A stretch of 64,000 nucleotides of DNA from Antedon mediterranea (Eukaryota; Animalia; Echinodermata): positions 12,030,671-12,094,670 of the forward strand of contig NC_092676.1 of NCBI RefSeq assembly GCF_964355755.1, given 5' to 3'. This document shows positions 1 through 14,612 of this stretch, piece after piece. Numbering within the stretch: position 1 is the first letter of the stretch; each line of letters begins with the position of its first letter. A program made the translations under genes and the position numbers. The notes beneath the pieces were generated by a model that was not told the origin of the DNA, searched no databases, and saw only the letters and a list, made by a program, of their open reading frames with translations.

Positions 1-691
1 AATGTTTATGAATTGTACACAAATATTAACGAAGGCTTATTATTATAAGGCTTGCACTTGTTGGTATTTTTTCAGTTGAATTACCGTAGTGGATTGCATG
101 CATTGCGTGGATTGCGTGCATTATGCCTGCATTGCGTGCCTCGTTGACTCGCACTTTGGCAACACTCCAATTCTGGGCTCTATTTTCATTATTGGCTCTG
201 CCCCAAACATGGTGGGCTAGTAGGCCTACTGGAGACCTAATATTTAATTTCATATTTCAATGAATAGGTGCACTTTCCGGGGACAAGCTCTATTGTCCTT
301 GTTAGTCTTATATATTTTGTTTCATATAATTTCAAATCATGTAAAGTACCAATTTCAGGCGGGAGTCTGTGCAACTCTATTTTTTTTTATTTTAAACAGT
401 TTGGTATGCCGTCGTGGTTGTTATGCAAATGAGCTTGTGCACGTGTATTATGGGGAAGATAATATGTTAATCATTAGCGGTCAACACGCAACACTGCTAA
501 ATTTTGATGCTGTTAATATTTACAATAGAATATTGTTCAAATCATGTAAAAAAAACATTTTCCGGGCGGGAACCCAGCAGCTCTCGAAAAGAACTCCAGG
601 TGGAAAAGAAGCTCACACATGAGTACTGAATATGAAGGAGCACATTGGCTTCTTTTGGAGGCTTTATGGCAGTCTTTTAACCTGTATTTGA
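1..691. repeat. Distal part of the macro-repeat spacer (near-identical to 16299-16977)
   Basis: Position 1 (aatgtttatgaattgtacac) aligns with 16299 and the match runs to the satellite start; the ORFs at 26-253 and 16324-16551 translate almost identically. Confidence 0.95.
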
Positions 692-3600
692 TTTCAAAAA
701 CAATATTTATTTTCAATTAAAAAAAAATAATAATAAAAAAATTAAAATATCCGTAGAGGTTCGAACCCAATGCTGAGAGCACACAAACTTGAGCATTATC
801 CGTTACGCCACAAACCAGTAGATGACTGAAGAGCTGATAATACTCTATTTATATGAAATGAATGATCAATCAATGAAAAATAATGTTATGCAACTTTCTG
901 ATTTTAAAAAAGGTCCACTTTTTTAGGTCTGACATTTACAACCTTCAAAATATCTAACTTTCAAAAACAATATTTATTTTCAATTAAAAAAAAAAGAGAA
1001 ATAATATCCCTAGAGGTTCGAAACCACTACTGAGAGCACTCAAACCTGAGCATTACCCGTTACGCCACAACCCAGTAGATGACTGAAGAGCTGATAATAG
1101 TCTATTTATATGAATGGATGATCAATCAATGAAAAATAATGCTATGCAACTTTATTTCTGATTTTTAAAAAGGTCCACTTGGTTAGGCATGACATTTACA
1201 ACCATAAAAATATCTCACTATCAAAAACAATATTTATTTTCAATTAAAAAAAAAAGAAATAAATATTCCTAGAGGTTCGAACCGACTACTGAGAGAACTC
1301 AAACCTGAGCATTCCCGGTTACGCTTCAACCACTGAGTGATGAGATGAGTGAAGAGCTGATAATAGTCTATTTATATGAAATAAATGATTAATCAATGAA
1401 AAATAATGTTATGCAACTTTGTTTCTGATTTTAAAAAAGGTCCACTTCTTTAGGCCTGACATTTACTACTATAACAATATCTCATTTTCAAACAAAATAT
1501 TTATTTTCAATTTAAAAAAAAAGCAAAAAGAAATATCCCAAGAGGTTCGAACCCACTACTGAGAGCACTCAGACCTGAGTAATACCCGTTACGCCATAAA
1601 CCAGTAGATGACTGAGGAGCTGATAATAGTCTATTTATATAAAATGAATGATCAATCAATGAAAAATAATGCCATGCAACTTTGTTTCTGATTTTAAAAA
1701 AGGTCCACTTGTTTAGGCCTGACATTTACAACCCTCAAAATATCTCACTTTCAAAAACAATATTTATTTTCAATTAAAAAAAAAGAAAAAAAATACCCGC
1801 ATAGGATCGAACCCACTGCTGAGAGCACTCAAACCTGAGCATTACCCGTTACGCCACAAACCAGTAGATAACTGAAGAGCTGATAATAGTCTATTTATAT
1901 GAAATGAATGATCAATCAATGAAAAATAATGCCATGCAACTTTGTTTCTGATTGAAAAAAAGATCCGTTTGTTTAGGCCTGACATTTACAACCCTCAAAA
2001 TATCTGATTTTCAAAAAAAAAAATTATTTTCAATAAGAAAAAAAAAAGCAATATCCCTAGAGGTTGGAAACCGCTACTGAGAACACTCAAACCTGGGTAT
2101 TACCCGTTACGCCACAAACTAGTAGATGACTGAAGAGCTGATAATATGAAATTAATGATGAATAAATGAAAAATAATGCCATGCAACTTTGTTTCTGATT
2201 TTAAAAAAGGTCCACTTCTTTAGGCCTGACATTTACAACCCTCAAAATATCTCATTTAAAAAAAAAAAATTATTTTAAATTAAAAAAAAAAAAGAAAATA
2301 GAAATATCCCTAGAGGTTCGAACCCACTACTGAGAGCACTCAGACCTGAGTATTACCCGTTACGCCACAAACCAGTAGATGACCGAGGAGCTGATAATAG
2401 TCTATTTATATGAAATGAATGATCAATCAATGAAAAATAATGTTATGCAACTTTGTTTCTGATTTTAAAAAAGGTCCACTTCTTTAGGCCTGACATTTAC
2501 AACCCTCAAAATATCTCATTTTCAAACAAAATATTTATTTTCAATAAAAAAAAAAGCAAAAAGAAATATCCCTAGAGGTTCGAACCCACTACTGAGAGCA
2601 CTCAGACCTGAGTAATACCCGTTACGCCATAAACCAGTAGATGACTGAGGAGCTGATAATAGTCTATTTATATAAAATGAATGATCAATCAATGAAAAAT
2701 AATGCGATGTAACTTTGTTTCTGATTTAAAAAAAGGTCCACTTGTTTAGGCCTGACATTTACAACCCTCAAAATATCTCACTTTCAAAAAAAATATTTAT
2801 TTTAAATTTAAAAAAAAAAAAAAAAATCTTTAGAGGTGCGAACCCACTACTGCGAGCACTCAAACTTTAGCATTACCCACTACGCCACAAACCAGTAGAT
2901 GACTGAAGAGCTAATAATACTCTTTTTATATGAAATGAATAATAAATCAATGAAAAACAATGCCATGCAACTTTGTTTCTGATTTTAAAAAAGATCCATT
3001 TGTTTAGGCCTGACATTTACAACCCTCAAAATATCTCATTCTCAAAAAAAATATTTATTTTCAATAAGGAAAAAAAAAGCAATATCCCTAGAGGTTGGCA
3101 CCCACTACTAAGAGCACTAAAACCTGGGTATTACCCGTTACGCCACAAACCAGTAGATGACTGAAGTGCTGATAATATGAAATTAATGATCAATCAATGA
3201 AAAATAATGCCATGCAACTTTGTTTCTGATTTTAAAAAGGTCCACTTCTTTAGGCTTGACTTTTACAACCCTCAAAATATCTCATTTAAAACAAAATATT
3301 TATTTTCAATAAGAAAAAAAAAAGCAATATCCCTAGAGGTTGCAACCCGCTACTGAGAGCACTCAAACCTGGGTATTACCCGTTACGCCACAAACCAGTA
3401 GATGACTGAAGTGCTGATAATATGGCATTCAACTTTGTTTCTGATTTTAAAAAAGATACATTTGTTTAGGCCTGACATTTACAACCCTCAAAATATCTCA
3501 TTCTCAAAAATAAATATTTATTTTCAATAAGAAAAAAAAAAGCCATATCCCTAGAGGTTGGAACCCGCTACTAAGAGCATTCAAACCTGGGTATCACCCG

Positions 3601-6600
3601 TTACGCCACAAACCAGTAGATGACTGAAGTGCTGATAATATGAAATTAATGATCAATCAATGAAAAATAATGCCATGCAACTTTGTTTCTGATTTTAAAA
3701 AAGGTCCACTTCTTTAGGCCTGACATTTACAACCCTCAAAATATCTCATTTAAAAAAAAAAAAATATTTTCAATTAAAAAAAAAGAAGAAATGTCCCAGG
3801 AGGTTCGAACCCACTACTGAGAGCACTCAGACCTGAGTATTACCCGTTACGCCACAAACCAGTAGATGACCGAGGAGCTGATAATAGTCTATTTATATGA
3901 AATAAATAATAAATCAATGAAAAATAATGCCATGCAACTTTGTTTCTGATTTTAAAAAAGGTCCACTTGTTTAGGCCTGACATTTACAACCCTCAAAATA
4001 TCTCACTTTCAAAAACCATATTTATTTTCAATTTAAAAAAAGAAAGAAAAACAATATCCATAGAGGTTCGACCCACTACTCAGAGCACTCAAACCTGAGC
4101 ATTACCCGTTACGCCACAAACCAGTAGATGACTGAAGAGCTGATAATAGTCTATTTATATGAAATGAATGATCAATCAATGAAAAATAACGCCATGCAAC
4201 TTTGTTTCTGATTTTAAAAAAGATCCACTTGTTTAGGCCTGACATTTACAACCCTCAAAATATCTCATTTTCAAAAAAAATATTTATTTTCAATAAGAAA
4301 AAAAGAGCAATATCCCTAGAGGTTGGAACACGCTACTGAGAGCACTCAAACCTGGGTATTACCCGTTACGCCACAAACCAGTAGATGACTGAAGAGCTGA
4401 TAATATGAAATTAATCATCACTCAATGAAAAATAATGCCATGCAACTTTGTTTCTGATTTTAAAAAAGGTCCACTTCTTTAGGCCTGACATTTACAACCC
4501 TCAAAATATCTCATTTAAAAAAAAAATATTTATTTTCAATAAAAAAAAAAGAAAAAAAATATCCCAAGATGTTCAAACCCAATACTGAGAGAACTCAAAC
4601 CAGAGCATTACCGGTTACGCCACAAACCAGTAGATGACTGAAGAGATCATAATAGTCTATTTATATGAAATTAATGATCAATCAATGTAAAATGATGTTA
4701 TGCAACTTTGTTTCTGATTTAAAAAAAGATCCACTTGGTTAGGTATGACATTTACAACCATAGAAATATCTCACTTTCAAAAACAATATTTATTTTCAAT
4801 TAAAAAAAAAATTAAAAAAATACCCGTATAGGTTCGAACCCACTGCTGAGAGCACTCAAATCTGAGCATTACCCGTTACGCCACAAACCAGTAGATGACT
4901 GAAGAGCTGATAATAGTCTATTTATATGAATTGAATGATCAATCAATGAAAAATAATGTTATGCAACTTTGTTTTTCTGATTTTAAAAAAGGTCCACTTG
5001 TTTAGGCCTGACATTTACAACAACAAAAATATCTCACTTTCAAAAACAATATTTATTTTCAATAAAAAAAAAGAAAAAAAATCCCGTTGAGGTTCGAACC
5101 CACTACTGAAAGCACTCAAACCTGAGCATTACCCGTTACGCCACAAACCAGTAGATGACTGAAGAGCTGATAATACTCTATTTATATGAAATGAATGATC
5201 AATCAATGAAAAATAATGTTATGCAACTTTCTGATTTTAAAAAAGGTCCACTTTTTTAGGTCTGACATTTACAACCTTCAAAATATCTAACTTTCAAAAA
5301 CAATATTTATTTTCAATAAAAAAAAAAAGAGAAAAAATATCCCTAGAGGTTCGAAACCACTATTGAGAGCACTCAAACCTGAGCATTACCCGTTACGCCA
5401 CAAATCAGTAGATGACTGAAGAGCTGATAATAGTCTATTTATATGAATGGATGATCAATCAATGAAAAATAATGCTATGCAACTTTATTTCTGATTTTTA
5501 AAAAAGTCCACTTGGTTAGGCATGACATTTACAACCTTAAAAATATCTCACTATCAAAAACAATATTTATTTTCAATTAAAAAAAAAAAGAAATAAATAT
5601 TCCTAGAGGTTCGAACCGACTACTGAGAGAACTCAAACCTGAGCATTCCCGGTTACGCTTCAACCACTGAGTGATGAGATGAGTGAAGAGCTGATAATAG
5701 TCTATTTATATGAAATGAATGATCAATCAATGCAAAATAATGTTATGCAACTTTGTTTCTGATTTTAAAAAAGGTCCACTTGTTTAGGCCTGAAATTTAC
5801 AACTATAACAATATCTCACTTTCAAAAACAATATTTATTATAAAAAAAAGAAAAAAAGAAAAGCAATATCCCTAGAAGTTGGAACCCGCTACTGAGAGCA
5901 CGCAAACCTGGGTATAACCCGTTACGCCACAAACCAGTAGATGACTGAAGAGCTGATAATATGAAATTAATGATCAATCAATGAAAAATAATGCCATGCA
6001 ACTTTGTTTCTGATTTTAAAAAAGGTCCACTTCTTTAGGCCTGACATTTACAACCCTCAAAATATCTCATTTTCAAACAAAATATTTATTTTCAATTAAA
6101 AAAAAAAGAAAAATGAAATATCACTAGAGGTTCGAACCCACTACTGAGAGCACTCAGACCTGAGTAGTACCCGTTACGCCACAAACCAGTAGATGACTGA
6201 AGAGCTGATAATATGAAATGAATGATCAATCAATGAAAAATAATGTTATGCAACTTTGTTTCTGATTTTAAAAAAGGTCCACTTGTTTAGGCCTGACATT
6301 TACAACTATAACAATATCTCACTTTCAAAAACAATATTTATTTTCAAATAAAAAAAAAAAAAGCAATATCCCTAGAAGTTGGAACCCGCTACTGAGAGCA
6401 CTCAAACCTGGGTATTACCCGTTACGCCACAAACCAGTAGATGATTGAAGAGCTGATAATATGAAATTAATGATCAATCAATGAAAAATAATGCCATGCA
6501 ACTTTGTTTCTGATTTTAAAAAAGGTCCATTTGTTTAGGCCTGACATTTACAACCCTCAAAATATCTCACTTTCAAAAACAATATTTATTTTCAATTAAA

Positions 6601-9600
6601 AAAAAAAAGAAAAAAAATACCTGTATAGGTTCGAATCCACTGCTGAAAGCACTCAAACCTGAGCATTACCGGTTACGTCACAACCCAGTAGATGAGTGAA
6701 GAGCTGATAATAGTCTATTTATATGAAATAAATGATTAATCAATGAAAAATAATGTTATGCAACTTTGTTTCTGATTTTAAGAAAGGTCCACTTGTTTAG
6801 GCCTGACATTTACAACTATAACAATATCTCACTTTCAAAAACAATATTTATTTTCAAATAAAAAAAAAAGAAAAAAAATATCCCTAGAAGTTCGAACCCA
6901 CTATTGAAATCACTCAAACCTGAGCATTACCCGTTACGCCGCAAACAAGTAGATGACTGAAGAGCTGATAATAGTCTATTTATATGAAATAGATGATCAA
7001 TCAATGAAAAATAATGCCATGCAACTTTGTTTCAGATTTAAAAAAAAAGGTCCACTTGTTTAGGCCTGACATTTACAACCCTCAAAATATCTCACTTTCA
7101 AAAACAATATTTAATTTCAATTAAAAAAAAAATAAAAAAAATAACCGTATATGTTCGAACCCACTGCTGAGAGCACTCAAACCTGAGCATTACCCGTTAC
7201 GCCACAAACCAGTAGATAACTGAAGAGCTGATAATAGTCTATTTATATGAAATGAATGATCAATCAAAGAAAAATAATGCCATGCAACTTTGTTTTTGAT
7301 TGAAAAAAAGATCCGTTTGTTTAGGCCTGACATTTACAACTCTCAAAATATCTCATTTTCAAAAAAAAATTTTCTTTTCAATAAGAAAAAAAGAGCAATA
7401 TCCGTAGAGGTTGGAACCCGCTACTGAGAGCACTCAAACCTGGGTATTACCCATAACGCCACAATCCAGTAGATGACAGAAGAGCTGATAATATGAAATG
7501 AATGATCAATCAATGAAAAACAATGTTATGCAACTTTGTTTCTGATTTTAAAAAAAGGTCCACTTGTTTAGGCCTGACATTTACAACTATAACAATATCT
7601 CACTTTCAAAAACAATATTTATTTTCAAATAAAAAAAAAAAAAAAGCAATATCCCTCGAAGTTGGAACCCGCTACTGAGAGCACTCAAAACTGGGTATTA
7701 CCCGTTACGCCACAAACCAGTAGATGACTGAAGAGCTGATAATATGAAATTAATGATCAATCAATGAAAAATAATGCCATGCAATTTGTTTCTGATTTTA
7801 AAAAAGGTCCACTTGTTTAGGCCTGACATTTACAACCCTCAAAATATCTCACTTTCAAAAACAATATTTATTTTCAATTAAAAAAAAAGAAAAAAATACC
7901 CGTATAGGATCAAACCCACTGCTGAGAGCACTCAAACCTGAGCATTACCCGTTACGCCACAAACCAGTAGATAACTGAAGAGCTGATAATAGTCTATTTA
8001 TATGAAATGAATGATCAATCAATGAAAAATAATGCCATGCAACTTTGTTTCTGATTGAAAAAAAGATCCGTTTGTTTAGGCCTGACATTTACAACCCTCA
8101 ACATTTCTGATTTTCAAAAAAAAAAATTATTTTCAATAAGAAAATAAAAAGCAATATCCCTAGAGGTTGGAACCCGCTACTGAGAACACTCAAACCTGGG
8201 TATTACCCGTTACGCCACAAACTAGTAGATGACTGAAGAGGTGATAATATGAAATTAATGATCAATCAATGAAAAATAATGCCATGCAACTTTGTTTCTG
8301 ATTTTAAAAAAGGTCCACTTCTTAGGCCTGACATTTACAACCCTCAAAATATCTCATTCTCAAAAAAAATATTTATTTTCAATAAGAAAAAAAAAAAGCA
8401 ATATCCCTAGAGGTTGGAACCTGCTACTAAGAGCACTCAAACCTGGGTATTTCCCGTTACGCCAAAAACCAGTAGATGACTGAAGAGCTGATAATATGAA
8501 ATTAATAATCAATCAATGAAAAATAATGCCATGCAACTTTGTTTCTGAATTTAAAAAAGGTCCACTTGTTTAGGCCTGACATGTATAACCCTCAAAATAT
8601 CTCACTTTCAAAAACAATATTTATTTTCAATTAAAAAAAAAAGAAAAAAAATACCCGATTAGGATCGAACCCACTGCTAAGAGCACTCAAACCTGAGCAT
8701 TACCCGTTACCCCACAAACCAGTAGATGACTGAAGAGCTGATAATAGTTTATTTATATGAAATGAATGATCAATCAATGAAAAATAATGCCATGGAACTT
8801 TGTTTCTGATTGATAAAAAGATCCGTTTGTTTAGGCCAGACATTTACAACTATAACAATATCTCACTTTCAAAAACGATATTTATTAAAAAAAAAAAAAA
8901 AAAAAAGCAATATCCCTAGAAGTTGGAACCCGCTACTGAGAGCACTCAAACCTGGGTATTACCCGTTACGCCACAAACCAGCAGTAGATGACTGAAGAGC
9001 TGATAATATGAAATGAATGATCAATCAATGAAAAATAATGCCATGCAATTTTGTTTCTGATTTTAAAAAAGGTCCACTTCTTTAGGCCTGACATTTACAA
9101 CCCTCAAAATATCTCACTTTCAAAAACAATATTTATTTTCAATTAAAGAAAAAAAATAAAAAATCTTTAGAGGTGCGAACCCACTACTGCGAGCACTCAA
9201 ACTTCAGCATTACCCGCTACGCCACAAACCAGTAGATGACTGAAGAGCTAATAATACTCTATTTATATGAAATGAATAATAAATCAATGAAAAATAATGC
9301 CATGCAACTTTGTTTCTGATTTAAAAAAAGATCCATTTGTTTAGGCCTGACATTTACAACCCTCAAAATATCTCATTCTAAAAAAAAATATTTATTTTCA
9401 ATAAAAAAAAAAAAGCAATATCCCTAGAGTTTGGAACCCGCTACTAAGAGCACTCAAACCAGGGTATTACCCGTTACGCCACAAACTAGTAGATGACTGA
9501 AGTGCTGATAATATGAAATTAATGATCAATCAATGAAAAATAATGCCATGCAATTTTGTTTCTGATTTTAAAAAAGGTCCACTTCTTTAGGCCTGACATT

Positions 9601-12600
9601 TACAACCCTCAAAATATCTCATTTAAAAAAAAAATATTTATTTTCAATTAAAAAAAAAAAGAAAAAAGAAATATCCCTAGAGGTTCGAACCCACTACTGA
9701 GAGCACTCAGACCTGAGTATTACCCGTTACGCCACAAACCAGTAGATGACCGAGGAGCTGATAATAGTCTATTTATATGAAATGAATGATCAATCAATGA
9801 AAAATAATGCCATGCAATTTTTTTTTTCTGATTTTAAAAAAGGTTCACTTCTTTAGGCCTGACATTTACAACCCTCAAAATATCTCATTTTCAAACAAAA
9901 TATTTATTTTCAATAAAAAAAAAAAAGCAAAAAGAAATATCCCTAGAGGTTCGAACCCACTACTGAGAGCACTCAATCCTGGGTATTACCCGTTACGCCA
10001 CAAACCAGTAGATGATTGAAGAGCTGATAATATGAAATTAATGATCAATCAATGAAAAATAATGCCATGCAACTTTGTTTCTGATTTTAAAAAAGGTCCA
10101 TTTGTTTAGGCCTGACATTTACAACCCTCAAAATATCTCACTTTCAAGAACAATATTTATTTTCAATTAAAAAAAAAAAAGAAAAAAAATACCTGTATAG
10201 GTTCGAATCCACTGCTGAAAGCACTCAAACCTGAGCATTACCGGTTACGTCACAACCCAGTAGATGAGTGAAGAGCTGATAATAGTCTATTTATATGAAA
10301 TAAATGATTAATCAATGTAAAATAATGTTATGCAACTTTGTTTCTGATTTTAAGAAAGGTCCACTTGTTTAGGCCTGACATTTACAACTATAACAATATC
10401 TCACTTTCAAAAACAATATTTATTTTCAAATAAAAAAAAAAGAAAAATAATATCCCTAGAAGTTCGAACCCACTATTGAAATCACTCAAACCTGAGCATT
10501 ACCCGTTACGCCGCAAACAACTAGATGACTGAAGAGCTGATAATAGTCTATTTATATGAAATAGATGATCAATCAATGAAAAATAATGCCATGCAACTTT
10601 GTTTCAGATTTAAAAAAAAAGGTCCACTTGTTTAGGCCTGACATTTACAACCCTCAAAATATCTCACTTTCAAAAACAATATTTAATTTCAATTAAAAAA
10701 AAAAATTAAAAAAATAACCGTATATGTTCGAACCCACTGCTGAGAGCACTCAAACCTGAGCATTACCCGTTACGCCACAAACCAGTAGATAACTGAAAGC
10801 TGATAATAGTCTATTTATATGAAATGAATGATCAATCAATGAAAAATAATGCCATGCAACTTTATTTCTGATTGAAAAAAAGATCCGTTTGTTTAGGCCT
10901 GACATTTACAACTCTCAAAATATCTCATTTTCAAAAAAAAATTTTCTTTTCAATAGGAAAAAAAAAGCAATATCCGTAGAGGTTGGAACCCGCTACTGAG
11001 AGCACTCAAACCTGGGTATTACCCATTACGCCACAATCCAGTAGATCACTGAAGAGCTGATAATATGAAATGAATGATCAATCAATGAAAAATAATGTTA
11101 TGCAACTTTGTTTCTGATTTTAAAAAAAGGTCCACTTGTTTAGGCCTGACATTTACAACTATAACAATATCTCACTTTCAAAAACAATATTTATTTTCAA
11201 ATAAAAAAAAAAAAAGCAATATCCCTAGAAGTTGGAACCCGCTACTGAGAGCACTCAAAACTGGGTATTACCCGTTACGCCACAAACCAGTAGATGACTG
11301 AAGAGCTGATAATATGAAATTAATGATCAATCAATCAAAAATAATGCCATGCAATTTGTTTCTGATTTTAAAAAAGGTCCACTTGTTTAGGCCTGACATT
11401 TACAACCCTCAAAATATCTCACTTTCAAAAACAATATTTATTTTCAATTAAAAAAAAAGAAAAAAAATACCCGTATAGGATCGAACCCACTTCTGAGAGC
11501 ACTCAAACCTGAGCATTACCCGTTACGCCACAAACCAGTAGATAACTGAAGAGCTGATAATAGTCTATTTATATGAAATGAATGATCAATCAATGAAAAA
11601 TAATGCCATGCAACTTTGTTTCTGATTTTAAAAAAGGTCCACTTGTTTAGGCCTGACATTTATAACCCTCAAAATATCTCACTTTCAAAAACAATATTTA
11701 TTTTCAATTAAAAAAAAAAGAAAAAAAATACCCGATTAGGATCGAACCCACTGCTAAGAGCACTCAAACCTGAGCATTACCCGTTACGCCACAAACCAGT
11801 AGATAACTGAAGAGCTGATAATAGTCTATTTATATGAAATGAATGATCAATCAATGAAAAATAATGCCATGCAACTTTGTTTCTGATTTTAAAAAATATC
11901 CACTTGTTTAGGCCTGACATTTACAACCCTCAAAATATCTCATTTTCAACAAAAATATTTATTTTCAATTAAAAAAAAAAGAAAAAAGAAATATCCCTAG
12001 AGGTTCGAACCCACTACTGAGAGCACTCGGACCTAAGTATTACCCGTTACGCCATAAACCAGTAGATGACTGAGGAGCTAATAATAGTCTATTTATATAA
12101 AATGAATGATCAATCAATGAAAAATAATGCCATGCAACTTTGTTTCTGATTTTAAAAAAGGTCCACTTGTTTAGGCCTGACATTTACAACCCTCAAAATA
12201 TCTCACTTTCAAAAACAATATTTATTTTCAATTAAAAAAAAAATAAAAAAAAAAAATCTTTAGAGAGGTGCGAACCCACTACTGCGAGCACTCAAACTTC
12301 AGCATTACCCGCTACGCCAGAAACCAGTAGATGACTGAAGAGCTAATAATACTCTATTTATATGAAATGAATAATAAATCAATGAAAAATAATGCCATGC
12401 AACTTTGTTTCTGATTTTAAAAAAGATCCATTTGTTTAGGCCTGACATTTACAACCCTCAAAATATCTCATTCTCAAAAAAAATATTTATTTTCAATAAG
12501 AAAAAAAGAGCAATATCCCTAGAGGTTGGAACACGCTACTGAAAGCACTCAAACCTGGGTATTACCCGTTACGCCACAAACCAGTAGATGACTGAAGAGC

Positions 12601-12666
12601 TGATAATATGAAATTAATGATCACTCAATGAAAAATAATGCCATGCAACTTTGTTTCTGATTTTAA
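692..12666 (-). repeat. tRNA-derived tandem satellite, ~247 and ~260 bp monomers, array 1 (about 47 units)
   Basis: The motif aggcctgacatttacaacc recurs at 247-264 bp spacing (1715, 1975, 2222, 2486). The minus strand of each unit reads GTGGCGTAACGGGTAATGC...GTGGGTTCGAACC followed by a T-run. Confidence 0.93.
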
Positions 12667-12746
12667 ACAAGCACGAATGTGCAATACTCGGGGTACAGCG
12701 AAAGAAGCTGTATACAGACGTATACAGTTAGAAAGTAAAGAAAATA

Positions 12747-12817
12747 GGTTTCGCCAGGGCTCGAACCGGGACCTTCTGCGTGTTAAGCAGACTTGACAAC
12801 CACTACACTACGAAACC
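12747..12817 (-). pseudogene. tRNA-Val(AAC) pseudogene inside HINE-B
   Basis: Reverse complement GGTTTCGTAGTGTAGTGGTTGTCAAGTCTGCTTAACACGCAGAAGGTCCCGGTTCGAGCCCTGGCGAAACC: perfect acceptor and anticodon stems with AAC anticodon; D-stem mismatch and a shortened T-stem. Confidence 0.85.
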
Positions 12818-13030
12818 TCTTACATTAAAAATTTGGGTTACAGAAAGTTTTTTAATCCATTTAAATTACAAATAAATGGTAATAAGCACAAAGCAAAATA
12901 AACATGTGTAAAAGTGATAATTACCGATTACACAAAATAAGTATTTTAAAAAATAATAAAAATAAGATATACTCTGTATAATTATCATATTGCGTATACT
13001 GTACTTTTCACCATAAATTAAAAAAAAAAA

Positions 13031-13103
13031 GGTTTTTGTCCGGGCTCGAACCAGGTACCTTCTGCGTGTTAAGCAAACGTGATAACCACTACGCCAAGAA
13101 TCC
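13031..13103 (-). pseudogene. Second, more degenerate tRNA-Val(AAC) pseudogene inside HINE-B
   Basis: Reverse complement GGATTCTTGGCGTAGTGGTTATCACGTTTGCTTAACACGCAGAAGGTACCTGGTTCGAGCCCGGACAAAAACC; two acceptor-stem mismatches; followed by a T-run. Confidence 0.8.
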
Positions 13104-13372
13104 GCATATAACCATATAACTACATAACGCTGTGGTGTGTGTCACACATTGTGGCTTCTTAATTAAACAAATTAATTAACAAAAAATTAAAAATCCGGCT
13201 CTATAGCTTTGAGGACATGTCCCTGTAGTATGTTCATGCCAAATCCCAGCTCAATACTATAACGAATAAGGGAGGAGTAGTACTTTAAAAATCGCACTTT
13301 TTACTCAATAGTGTCCAGATGGAGGAAGAGAAGGAGAAAATGAGTAAGTACTAGACTCGGGTACCCCGAGTA

Positions 13373-14612
13373 AAAAGGTCCACTTCTTTAGGCCTGACAT
13401 TTACAACCCTCAAAATAACTCATTTAAAAAAAAAAAATTTATTTTCAATAAAAAAAAGAAGAAAAAGAATATCCCAAGATGTTCAAACCCAATACTGAGA
13501 GAACTCAAACCAGAGCATTACCGGTTACGCCACAAACCAGTAGATGACTGAAGAGATCATAATAGTCTATTTATATGAAATTAATGATCAATCAATGTAA
13601 AATGATGTTATGCAACTTTGTTTCTGAATTTAAAAAAAATCCACTTGGTTAGGTATGACATTTACAACCATAGAAATATCTCACTTTCAAAAACAATATT
13701 TATTTTCAATTAAAAAAAAAATTAAAAAAATACCCGTATAGGTTCGAACCCACTGCTGAGAGCACTCAAATCTGAGCATTACCCGTTACGCCACAAACCA
13801 GTAGATGACTGAAGAGCTGATAATAGTCTATTTATATGAAATAAATGATCAATCATTGAAAAATAATGCCATGCAACTTTGTTTCTGATTTTAAAAAAGG
13901 TCCACTTCTTTAGGCCTGACATTTAAAACCCTCAAAATATCTCATTTTTAAAAAAAATATTTATTTTCAATAAAAAAAAAAAAGAAAAAAAATATCCCAA
14001 GATGTTCAAACCCAATACTGAGAGAACTCAAACCAGAGCATTACCGGTTACGCCACAAACCAGTAGATGACTGAAGAGATCATAATAGTCTATTTATATG
14101 AAATTAATGATCAATCAATGTAAAATGATGTTATGCAACTTTGTTTCTGATTTTAAAAAAGATCCACTTGGTTAGGTATGACATTTACAACCATAAAAAT
14201 ATCTCACTTTCAAAAACAATATTTATTTTCAATTAAAAAAAAAATTAAAAAATTACCCGTATAGGTTCGAACCCACTGCTGAGAGCACTCAAATCTGAGC
14301 ATTACCCGTTACGCCACAAACCAGTAGATGACTGAAGAGCTGATAATAGTCTATTTATATGAATTGAATGATCAATCAATGAAAAATAATGTTATGCAAC
14401 TTTGTTTTTCTGATTTTAAAAAAGGTCCACTTGTTTAGGCCTGACATTTACAACAACAAAAATATCTCACTTTCAAAAACAATATTTGTTTTCAAATAAA
14501 AACAAAATATCCTTACAGGTTCGAACCCACTACTGGGAACACTCAAAACTGAGCATTACCCGTTATGCCATAAAGTAGTACACGACAGAACAGTTTATAA
14601 TAGTCTATTCAT
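13373..14612 (-). repeat. Continuation of tRNA-derived satellite array 1 (about 5 units, last one degenerate)
   Basis: The monomer resumes at aaaaggtccac straight after HINE-B; the diverged terminal monomer has the same form as the one ending array 2 (~21380-21494). Confidence 0.92.

Larger units (their letters stand above)
12667..13372 (-). mobile_element. Non-autonomous Helentron (HINE/DINE-1-like), family B, ~0.7 kb, inserted in the satellite
   Basis: Minus-strand 5' end TACTCGGGGTACCCGAGT (subTIR plus local inverted repeat) is followed by a CT-rich tract. The 3' end has GTACCCGAGTA (subTIR), a GCAC-ATTC-GTGC hairpin and TTGT. It sits in an A-run (T-run on its own strand); an empty paralogous site is at ~4457-4470. 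Confidence 0.85.

Noticed and set aside
26-622. ORFs 26-253 and 260-622 and their copies at 16324-16851
   Set aside because: No recognisable domains; HAIHAM comes from a 9 bp microrepeat; the second copy of the plus-strand ORF has an earlier stop.
12747-13103. Functional tRNA-Val genes
   Set aside because: Both have stem defects and lie inside a transposon, so they are called pseudogenes.
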